Shown piece after piece: positions 26,801 to 39,200 of a DNA stretch of 64,000 nt; the first letter of the stretch is position 1; each line of letters opens with the position of its first letter. This stretch comes from Aplysia californica (Eukaryota), in the NCBI RefSeq assembly GCF_000002075.1, contig NW_004797434.1:513368-577367 (forward strand), given 5' to 3'. The notes under the pieces were generated by a model. It was not told the DNA's origin. It did not search any database and was given only the letters and a program-made list of their open reading frames with translations. The translations under genes and the position numbers were made by a program.

Positions 26801-29800
26801 AAACAATAATCTCATCAGGTAAATTCACTCTAAGCAAAATATACAAAAGCATAAGCAGTGGCTCTACAGTTGAAAAAGTAAATTATTCATCACTAAGTGA
26901 CTCGAAAACAAATGCTGACGCATTTAATACTTTTTGACAACTTTCCTAGCTCCAGCTCTTTTTCTCTCCTACCAGTAGTCTAAGTGTTCAATCAAAATTA
27001 TCATATTGGCTTAATTAATTAGAAAAATCATATGCCCCTAGTTTTGACTTTGAAATGTAAACTCATTTCTCAAAATTGGAATATAAATTAATAAAATTTA
27101 AATTTGGCTTATGAAAATGATGATAACAACAGAAATAGCTTTAAGTGATGATGACACTTTTGACAGGATGTTTCATAAAAAAGTTAGGAAAAAACAAACA
27201 GAACCAAATCTAAAAAGCCTTCTTTGGCAGTTCACTCTTACCTGACAAAACAAAAACTCTTTTGCAACGTTCTTGGCTTTAGACCGAGATTCTTTTCTCA
27301 AGAATTTGCTCAAGTGGCTTGTGAGGTGATCTTCTGTCTTATTGAAAAATCAGTTAATAAAGATTAATAAACAGGAATACAGTGATAATTTATTATATTG
27401 AAGGGATAAAAGGAGAGATAATAGAATGAAAAAATGTATTTTTAAATATCAAATTAAAATCTAATGTCATACACTTGGAAACAAAGTAAAAAATGGATAG
27501 AAGAAGTAGAGAGCTTTGAAAAATGGTCCTCATAACATTTCAGGGTGTCAGAGGGGCACATTTTGTTTATTTACCAGAAAAAGATAGTTTTTCATTACTG
27601 TGTCTTAGATTCATCTTAACACATTCTTTTTCTTCACAACATTTTTGTTAGTCAAAGTTCATTACCAGAGTTAGGACAATAATGATAAAGGTCTGGTTAT
27701 GGTCTCTCTTCGTATAAGACCTTGACTACGCATAGATATAATCAAGCAAAAGGAGACTTTGAAGTGCGCATTTACCAAAAGAAATACATTATTCAAGGTC
27801 TACAAACCCTTTTCTCATTTACAAGAAAACTTAGCCTAAGCAGTATGTTTGCCACAACTCATCGATACTCACCATCTTTGAGAGCCTTCGTTTGAAAATC
27901 TGGGACTCCTGTGTGATCTTGGTCTGCAGGAACAGAGGGGCCTGCCCCAGCACAGCGTCGATTTTGCTCCGCCTGCCACTGGACGACTCGCTGTGGTCAC
28001 TGTCTCTCGAAGACTTCTTTCTCAGACCAGGAGGCATCTCAGTGACCCTCAAAGTGTAGACTCCGTCGAAGAAAGAATCTGGAACATGCCTTGAGTCCCA
28101 CACAGTCTGGGGAAGCAAAAACCTAATGATCCAACAGCTGTCTGTTTTTCATCTTGTAAATTGTAAGGACTTGAAAACCATCATTTACATTTCTTTTTTC
28201 CTTTGAAACTTTTAATTTAAGCAATCTTGTTCTTTTTAAACATATTTATCAAACTCCCCTCACTGTCAACACAAAAAAAAAGGATTTGGGAAAGTATAAA
28301 GACATGCAGATGTTAAATGTGGCAACAAGTATAAGCTTCTTATGCCTATACAACAAAACACAGAAATAACGGGAGGGAAAAAAATTGAAGAGACAAACTC
28401 CAGTTAGGAAATTCCTTTCCTACGCAACTTCATTCTGATATCAATAACCTGCATCATCTTACCTTTCCAAGAGCTTCTTCCATTTCGGCTTGCCGGTACT
28501 GCCTCATCAGCGAATCATGCGAGAACTTGGCAGGCATCTCTGTGTGTCTTGACCTCAGTCTCCGGATCAAGGTATCCCAAAAGTCTTCGTTTGACCGATT
28601 CTTCTGCTCTCTGCTTGGCCGTTTGTTCAGCTCAACAATTTCCAGGGATGAGTATGAGACGTGAGCCAAACGTTCCCCTGAAGGACTCTGAAGAAAAGAA
28701 ATCATATTTAAAATGAAATCTTGTCGAAACAGAGCAAAAGACATCTCTGACAAAAAACTGTAAGATTCTGATACAAATAGGTTCTCGTAATGCAAGGCAG
28801 TAGATCATGGGTTTGACTTTCAGTTGTGCTGAACAGGATGTTGTATTCATTGGAAAAGTCCTTTATTACATTCACCTCAGTCCACTTTGCTGTAAAAGAG
28901 TATTTAACAATCAGAAAGATCAAAACTAGCAAATTAACAATGATGGCATGGCACATTTAAGTTACAATCTTCAACAACAGTTCCTCAAACACAATAGATA
29001 TTATCTTTTTTTTAACAAACTCTTGAAACTGTATAAACAGCAATTGTTTGAATTATAAGTATTTTCTTACAGCCCAAAACCTTAACTTTCTCTCTGAATA
29101 CCTTCTCATACTGTCCCCGAAGAGTTTCTATGGATGTGAAGGAGAGAAGATTCAACACTTCCCTGTCCACCTGTCTTTTCATCTCCGCGAAGGTTGAGGC
29201 TGAACAACAGGAAAGAGAATAAAATCAAGTTGAGTCGGACAAATGAATCGCACTTTCTCACTCCATCTCTCACTCCCCCATCTTTCCCCCTCTCTCACAC
29301 ACCCCCCTCTCGGTCTCTGTCTCTCTCTCTCTCACTGACTCCCCCCTCTCTCCCTCCCTCTCACTCATCCTTCTTTGTCTGCGTCGTTCTCTCACACCAC
29401 CTTTTCCCTCTCTTGCACTGTTAGGGCCGAGCTGAGTCACAAACACATGAACTTTTAGACTGACAACAGCAACAAGAACAAACAAGAACAGTACATTTCA
29501 CTCACAGACTTAAAAGTTCACATTCATTTAACTTTTTATTTCCAGAAATATTTTAAACGTTCCATCACAGAAACACACAATATTACATGAGAAAAAATTC
29601 AAAAAGAAGTCGTAAAAATATGTTGCACAGCAAATTGATTTGTTTTTCTTTCACAAGGCATTACACATCCCACTGAATTCCTACCTAAAGAGGATTCGCA
29701 AGGATACCCGACATGACTGCCCGCTGGGTGATTGCCAGGAGGAAACAGTATCACACCACCTCTTCACCTGCCCTCCGCTTAGCGACCTGCGTAGTACCTA

Positions 29801-30173
29801 CCTCCCTGCCTCTCCTGATATCCTAAATACTCTATACAGCGACAAAACACAGCAGATAAAAACCTGTAAATTCTTTGCCATATTGACAGGCCGAAGGGCT
29901 AGAACTCAGATGGCCGCTGGATCGGAAAAGTAAAGTATAGTAAAGTTTCACGAGGCAAAGAAGAAAACAACAAGACGGACAGCAGTCACATTATGAGCAC
30001 CGATGGCACAAAAACAATTATAGAGGCAGTCCAAGGAGAATCTACTCACCAACTAAGTACTCTGTGAACATTGTGTTGATCTCAGCATTGGTCACATTCT
30101 CACAAAGGACTTCGAACACCTAGATGTGACACATTTGATAAAATTTATAAACTTATATACTTTACGCAAAGAA

Positions 30174-30235
<62 letters not shown>

Positions 30236-33200
30236 CGTGCGGTGCGTGCGTGCGGTGCACGCGTGCATGCAAGAGTGCGTGGAGGGACACACAAATAGTC
30301 AGAAGGTCTCAATTCTGATGATGACAATGAGCAAATAGGCTTTTATTCTTTGGAAAATTAGAAGGAATGACATGTGTCTGAGCTCAGCACCTTTCTTTAG
30401 CAAAAGCAACTATTCCCCATAAAAAGCACAACCGTGACCATTTCTTTAACTTACATCATCACCAGGGTTTTATCTCATTTTCGAACTATGCATTTTTTTA
30501 AAGACTTAATTGGGTACCCGATGGGTACTCTAGTGTGGTACGCTCCTTCTCTTCTATCAAACATTGACCATTCTCACCTCTCCTTCTGTGTAAACGATTA
30601 TGTCTGTGCAGAGATAAGGACGATAGATGTTTAACAAGAAAGAAGGAGTAGACCACACCTGAGCATCTGCCAACCACCCATCATCAAAGGTGTAAGCACT
30701 ATTTTACTGTTGCAACTTACCTTCCGGATGGCCAGAACATCTTTGCAATGTAGGATGAGGTAGTGAAGAATGGCCAGTCGTGTTTGCCAATAGGCATTCC
30801 GGAAACTCTCCAGCATGGTGTCCATGTTGACTACAAGCTTCAGCAGGCATCCGCTGCGGTAGTCATAGAGGTTCTGAGCTGTACAAAAAGAATGCACAAA
30901 ATACTTTCATTTGTTTCTGTTTTAGTAAGCAATTAACACCAATTGCAACACAATATTAGGTAATGTAAGCGCCAAAGATTAGAGGTGTTACAAGAGAGGT
31001 AAAAACACCAAAAAAAAGAGAAAAGATAAGGACGGTCGATGTTTGATAGGAGAGAAGAAGCAAACCACATCAGAGCTCCTACCAGCCACCCAATTACTTT
31101 GGTTAATACATAGCATTCCCTCAAGACTACAAAGAAGACCCCTCACTCTTAACAGACAGCCAAGTCCAACTGATTTCACAATTTCTTTTTTAATACACTT
31201 GCTTTGAGTTGAGTGATTTGACATGGCTCAATTTGGTCAGTATTGTGCACAACGGCATACACACATAAGCAGACATTTCAAGCCCCATACCCCTTTAGTG
31301 TGGAATTTTTTTAACAAGTCTTCAAGTACTGTGAGGTCAAGCAAGAGGTAAGAGCTGCACAGTTTGGGGTTGTTTTTTTTGGGGGGAGGGGTATTTTTTA
31401 AAAAGAGATCTCCGCAGCTATTTTTCTAACACAAAAACGTACTGATGTACTCAGACCCCCAAAAATGAACTTAACATGTTTTTTAACATAATGGTTGGCA
31501 GCCATGAGAGCACTTGGCCACTTTAGGACACTCAGATGTGAGCAAAACTAAAAAAGTGTTCCCGGAAATAAAGAACAAAATTGGACTCACTCGCATTCAA
31601 AATCAGCATGTGTGTTGAGACCCAAAGCCTGTTGGACTTTTGTCAGAACACTTCTTTCTATATACAGGTACAGCTGAACCAGCTCTAATGACCACCTGTT
31701 TATGACAGACACCAGAACAAAAGGCCACTTTCTACTTTCTCCCTTGTGTATTTTTTACATTGTATTGCTACTGTGTAAGACAGCCATCTATCTTGGATGG
31801 CCATTTTTCGCCTCAACAATGGATGGCTGTCTTAAAAGCTTCCACTGTATTTTTGTCTTAACCCAACAAACCCAGGAATATCGGTGTGCGGGTTATTTTC
31901 CCCTGCCCCTAATCACCGATTTATTGGTGTGTGCTTGTCTATCATAGAACAGTAGTCCGTACAAGGATAAAAAGGGGAAAAATGACGTTAAAAGGACTTG
32001 TAGGTTTGTGGTAACTATTGTAAAGGTCAAAGCAGTTCATGGAAGAGAAAACTGTTTTGAATAGTCTTTTGCGTCTTTTGCATGTAACCATGTCAGCATT
32101 TTTTGCTCAGGAAGCCAGAGGACAGGTTATTTTGGGCTCAGGAGACCAGGGTCCATTGGATTAATACTCACTAGTCGCTCCTGATTCTCGAGCAAAAGCC
32201 TGGCAAGGCAGGAGAGTCTTCATTGCTGCGCAGCTCTCCGAGAAAGCTGGGATGATGGTGAAGGACAAGGCACCCAGCAGAGGCGTTGTGGTAGACGTGG
32301 GACTCAGCAGTGGTAAAGGGCTCAATTGTAGCTCTGGGCTCAGCTCTGGGGTTGTCAGAGGCACTCTGTCAGCAGACAGGGAAGCAGAGATAGTAGACAT
32401 GGAACGGCTCATCTGAGACCTGTCTGAATCCACATCTCTCTCTTCCTTGTCAAACCTTTGGGAACGGATGTGTAGAAACAAAGTTTTATTAGATGAATAT
32501 CTTCTCATACTGTTTTGTTTTAGTAAGAGTTTTACGGCACTTGCAACACAATAAGGACATATAAGTGCCGAAGATTAGAGGTGTTACAAGAGAGTAACAA
32601 ACACAAAAAAGAAGGAGGGGAGATAAAGATGATATACTTTTTATAGGAAAGAAGGAGCAAACCACACCAGAGCACCTGCCAACCACCCACTCTCTCAAAC
32701 TGTCCCCGAAGAGTTTATATGGATGTGAAGGAGAGAAGATTCAACACTTTCCAGTCCACCTGTCTTTTCATCTCCCAAACACATGATTTACAACAGAAAC
32801 AAACACAAACAACAGCAAAAACAGAACATTTCACTCACAGAATTTGGAATTCACATTCATTTCATTTAAAACTCATACTCAACAAGCTGAATCANNNNNN
32901 NNNNNNNNNNNNNNNNNNNNNNNNNNNNNNNNNNNNNNNNNNNNNNNNNNNNNNNNNNNNNNNNNNNNNNNNNNNNNNNNNNNNNNNNNNNNNNNNNNNN
33001 NNNNNNNNNNNNNNNNNNNNNNNNNNNNNNNNNNNNNNNNNNNNNNNNNNNNNNNNNNNNNNNNNNNNNNNNNNNNNNNNNNNNNNNNNNNNNNNNNNNN
33101 NNNNNNNNNNNNNNNNNNNNNNNNNNNNNNNNNNNNNNNNNNNNNNNNNNNNNNNNNNNNNNNNNNNNNNNNNNNNNNNNNNNNNNNNNNNNNNNNNNNN

Positions 33201-36200
33201 NNNNNNNNNNNNNNNNNNNNNNNNNNNNNNNNNNNNNNNNNNNNNNNNNNNNNNNNNNNNNNNNNNNNNNNNNNNNNNNNNNNNNNNNNNNNNNNNNNNN
33301 NNNNNNNNNNNNNNNNNNNNNNNNNNNNNNNNNNNNNNNNNNNNNNNNNNNNNNNNNNNNNNNNNNNNNNNNNNNNNNNNCAACACAATGACCTCCTTTT
33401 TGGATGCTCTTATATAAGTGTATCATGAGAGACATTGGGGGGAAGAGGAGAGTAGAGTCTTAAATCAAAAGGAACAAAGCAGGGTGTGACAACTTACCAT
33501 GCAGCAAAATGTGGTGACACGGTTCAAATGCTTGTCCCACATTTAGGAGATGCACAAAGTAACCAGGCAACATAACCACTAGATAGCTGCCTGTAAGAGA
33601 AAAACAAAACAAAAACTTGACACAATTTAGATCATTTAGGAGGTGGGCTGCTTCGACCTTATTTGTCAGGACTAACTTGTGCTAAGAGGGAAACAATGTC
33701 CCATCAGAAAGACAGAAATAATCAATAAAACTTTTCCTCGGACAGGAATCATTGAGATGAGAGTACAAAAGGCCAACGGCATCAGCTACCAGCTTGCCCC
33801 ACTCCTCAAGCATCCTAATATCCCCAATGAGATCAAACCCAAGGTCATTAACTCTATCTTCATCCCCAACTTGACTTACCAACGCCAGACAGGGACCTTG
33901 ACCAAAAGTCTGATAGGTAAGATAACCACCTGCGAGATGAGACGTCTAAGGACAGCGGTCAACAAAATCAGACGGGACATGATCAGAAACAACAGGATCA
34001 GAGAAGTAAAGACATAAATCAAACTAGCATCTCCTGTGGTTGCCTGTTAACAGAAAAATACTTTGAAAACAAGAGCTTCTAATGGGGAGTAGATTGCAAC
34101 AATTTTCCTGATGGAAAAATGGGGTTTGTCCCTCGGAAACAAATCCATATTAATTGTTAATCAAAATTCTGGATTTGTTTTGCAGGCGATTAACTCTTAA
34201 TTAACTCTTTATCTTCGAGGGGGGTAAACCCACAATGCTGGTGCCCTCTTTTGGTACAACATTTTTTAATTGACATGTACGTCTCTAAAGTCGATAGTTC
34301 TTCAACAAATGAATGATATCCCAGTAAAAGAAACCTGTTTTTGGCAATTGCCGAAAAGTAATTTGACGTTGAAGTTGTCATAAAGGAATGTGCCCGAGCC
34401 CCTGCCAGCGGCTTAAATGCACAGCAGTTCGAACCGCGAGCGGCTTGCCAGAAATAAGGAATTAAAGTTCTTCAAACTTACATAGTATTGAGAATGCCAA
34501 ATACATAGAATAGCTATAACTCACAGGGTATTGAGAATACTTAATACACAGTACAGTCTTAACTTACAAGGTGAGTAGACAAAACAAATTGAGAGGCATT
34601 AATTTAATAAATAGCCTTGAGAATATCAAATACAGTCGAACCTGTTATTAGACCACCTTTCAAAGACGATCACTTGCATAAACAACCAACCAACCCCTCA
34701 ACCCTCCCCCCCCCACCCACCCACCACCCACCAACACACACAAACACACACACACACACACACACAATTTTATGCATTCTAATGACTCTGTCCATAAAGA
34801 CCAACTCCCTTAGATGACCACTTTTCTTCTATACAACGGGTGGTTGTCTTGGACAGATTTGACAGCATTTTCACCACTTTAACTCTTTAATTCCGGATGG
34901 CCACTAAAGTGGTGCTTTTGGTTCTGCATTTTAGCAAATCATCACTCAAGTGGCCTTTTGAGGGTACCGATTTCATCAACCCCAAGATCTACACCTGTTC
35001 CTGTGCTACATTTATTACCTATTTTCATCCATATCGTAATTCCCTGTCCAAATAGTTTGATTGCTCAAACAAATAAGTCCATCAATATGTGACTGAATTA
35101 TATCTATTTGTTTGTTTTAGTAGAGGTTTTACGGCGCTCGCAACTGCATAAGGTCATATGAGCGCAGGTTATATCTGTTTAAGTTAATACCCTTCGCCGC
35201 CTCAAATAGGGTGCATAAAATTGTGGAATCCCTTGCGTACTGAAAGAGTTAACTCACCCAACCATGAGAATACTAGTCTCTTCTGCATGACAATGTGCTT
35301 GGGCAGACTGGAGACACAGCCGTACAGGGTTTTGGCTGCAGTAAGAGAACATAAAACATGAACGCATCATGCAATCTTAGAACCACTCCAACCACATAAA
35401 GAACCCATAGAACTGGAGCTTATCCCTGTTTCTTGCATCTCTTAACTCTAAACAGTTCATTGTTTTTTAACCAATCTTTTTAAGGTAAAGTGAGTAGTTG
35501 TAGTACATAAAGTCCTATAAATTCCTGTCAGGGTCAATCAATAAGTGTTCTATATCAATATTAAAGTTATTGTAGGCATTTAGATTGATACAATATATTT
35601 ATGAGGGTTTCATGTCTCATTTGGATAGAGTGACAAGCTTACAGTATATCTATATATTTTAACCCTATCAGTACGTTGTGTTTTACAACAATCGTATCCA
35701 TACAACGTGGAAAACTCTGTGCCACCACTTTCCAAAGAGGAAATTTACACATTAATCCGATCCGTACACTTTGCATAGCAGTCTGTCAAAATGATTTTTT
35801 GAGAAATACTGAAAGTTTCAAAGAGATCTTCATACTAAAAGTATTCTAAAATGTGAAGAATACAACCCTGGGGGTACAAAATGACCCCAGGGCGTACGGA
35901 TAGGGTTAAAAAATGACATTTTTTTTCTAATCTTTACATATGAGGAAACCACTAGTTTTTTTTTAGTAAGAGTTTTACAATATAGAAATGTTTGCATGCA
36001 GTGTAACAAATCAGCTGACAAGGAATAGATCTTCAAAACATATTCTCTAGTCACCAACGACAAATTCCTGACATTAATGACAATAGTAGAGTCACATTGT
36101 GACAGAGTACAGGTTTTTTTGTTTTGTTTTAGTAAAGGTTTTACGCCGCTCGCAACTGCATAAGGTCATATGAGCGCCAAGGGGTGGGTGTCAACAGAGA

Positions 36201-39200
36201 AGTCTTTACAGGGAATCAGACTTACTCTGCTCACCTCTCTAGCTTCAACAGCACAAAGTCTGCTTCGACTATCAAGGCACCCCGGAAATAGCGGGTCACA
36301 AAAGAGTGACAAACATACAAAAAAAGTAGAGAAAAATGACGATAGTAAGGATTAGGACAGAAAAAGCAGCAGTTTTCTGTTGTAGTTCAGGCACAGTTAT
36401 GAGCATGACATTGTTGGATCAGCCCACTTACAATTCTACAGAGCATTAGAAAGAGAAATGTCCCCCTTTTGGGAATGGCCTAAAGACACTTCAGTCAGTG
36501 GCACCGCCCCGGGGGGTAGAGTTACAGTTTACTGTAAACCCACATGATAATGCCTATACACTGGAGTCTGCTTAAACCAAAGCTAATCCAAAAATAGCAG
36601 TAAACCAAAAGAAAATGAAATCCTACATTTTTTTCCCCTTTTATTTGTACAGCCTCTATAAACTGAAAACAAAGCTAAACTGAAAAAAATCTGTGAGTCC
36701 CACAGATTTCGAATTAAGCAGACTCTACTGTATTTCACTGAGAACGCATTGGGATTCTAGTATAAAAAATGAAGGGAGGTAGAAGGAGCAGACCATAGCA
36801 GAGCACCCACACACCAATCAACGACAACTTAAGTTCATGGTTTTTTTTCAACAAAACTCACCATGATGCACCATGCTCACGTAGTACTCAACATCCTGCA
36901 CCTCACTGGGAGTCTGCACACACAGAAATTGAAACAAATATGATAACAGTTGATATGTTTTGGATGTAAGAATCATGTATCAAGTCCGACAAACAATAAA
37001 GTCGGTAGACAAACAGACAGGCATATAAACAGAGAAACACATCAATAAAACAACAGCCATTTAATGCAGAGAAAAAGTAAAAACAGACAAAGAGAGACAA
37101 AAGACGGAGCTCAGATAAGTAAGATTTGTCTGTGGTGTCCTCCAACTTCCTGCCTTCAAATCATCTCTTTTAACAAGACAGAAGTATTGTAAGCAAAGGA
37201 ATATAATAATTTACAGAGTCTCTGTTATTGAGTCATCAAATCTAATACAAACCACTAAACCTAGCATATTCAATAAAAATCTCACTTAAAAGCGTTCACT
37301 TTTTCTTTAGTAAGCAGGACCCCAACAGAACCACATTAATCTGAAAAAACTGAACATCCCACATTGTGTAAGATTTAACAGAAATATATTCAAACCTGCT
37401 CTAGTGACCACCTGTCCAAGACAATCACCTATACAAACAACAAAGATCTCACACAGCAAGATGGTTCACTGAACCAAAAACGTGTCCATGGCCGCAAAGT
37501 ACACACTTATTCCCAAGGGGTGCCACCGTGATTTTGAGAACACTTTTTTTAATAAGCTCAAAGAGAGGAGTGAACCATCTTGTAGTGTAGGATCTTTGCA
37601 AACAACCACATCCCATCTGCCCCCCTTCCATCTTTTTTTCTTCCAATAATGAAACTGTCTGAGATGACCACTTTTTTTCCAATGGGTGGTTGTCTTGCAC
37701 AGGTTTGACTTCACCCACAGTCACATGACACACCTCTCGTTAGTTGTGTGTTAGCCTCCCTACCTGAGCACTAGCCTTGGACTTGGGCTGTGAGATGAGC
37801 TTGTGGTAGCACAAACAGAAAGTGCCGCTAGACTGCGTCAGGACTGTGACATTCAAGGTCAGCTCTGGAATTGAATACAATTTTCTCTGATCAAAACAAA
37901 AGTATACATCAGTTTGGGAAAATGATATTTTCTAAATGATTTTTAAAAAATAATCATAATTATCTTTTATCACTCTCATTAATATAATGTTTATTCAATA
38001 CATGTTCATCCAGATATGGCTCTAGACACTTCACAATATTCATTACCACAACGAAACAGGTAATTAAATAAATCATATAACAAACCTTTAAAAAACATAC
38101 AATACAAATGTAAATTCATTATATGTTCACCCACATATGGCTCTAGGCACTTAACAATATTTATTACCGAAACAAAACAGGTAATTTACTACAAAATATG
38201 TAACACACCTTACAAAAAGAATACAGTACAAATTTCCCAAGTCTACCTTCAAGATGCACAAAATAATCAGACTTCTATGAAAAAGTGGTTCTTAAAGTAA
38301 TGTAAATTTTCAATGTAATAATAAAATTTGTGACAATTCATACTGTTTTTGGTCACCATCAAATAAAACACTGTATATAATAAAGGAAAATTGATAATCA
38401 GTTTACCAGGCTCTGTATATGAAATACACAATAGAGAAGTGTTTACCAAACGCATGAACTTAGTATCTGTTCTGAATATATGGCACATTAATAATATGAA
38501 AGGTTTCAAGACAGAAGTGTACCTGGAATTCCAGGGTGCAGTGGGATATCTGCATATAAAGGCCTGTGGAATACAATGACCTTATTGACATAAATCTATG
38601 AAAGACTACACTTATAAAACACAGATGTAGGCATTATTTGAAAGTGTTTTGCACAGATACTTTCCATCATATTTCATGTAGTAAGGTAACTATCATCTCA
38701 ATCAGTGCAAACTTTAGATCAATAAAACATCTTTGTAAAATTTCATCTAACAATAATAATATGTGCACATTAATCTCTATCTTGAGTAAACTGAGAAGGA
38801 TAAACTATTTCCTAAGTGACAGAAACAAGGACAGTTTGACGATAAATATGTGTTCTAGCTTCATTTGTGAAGTTATCCTAAACTCATGCATACATATCAA
38901 TACATATAAAACAATACTTATAAAGACGTATTCAGTTCAGATTCTCAGTCAACAGAGTTCACTTACTTGTCCTTTGTTCTGATGTAGGGAAAGGGGAAAT
39001 TTATGGGAATGTCAATCTGAAAGTTAAAAGAAAAGAGAGATGGAAAAAATATATGATCAATGTGTGAGCATAATCAAACGATCAAAGTTGAGTTTAGTAA
39101 GTGTAAGGGTGAAGGTTGAAAGTTCATGAACTCTTCATATATATCCAGGAGTTTGGCAAAGATAAACCCACAGGAAACAGTGTGGACTCTTATAACAGAG

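Noticed and set aside
32719-33435. Long ORFs spanning N runs (also near 1933-2397, 5610-5799, 50849-50977)
   Set aside because: Artefacts of translating assembly gaps.
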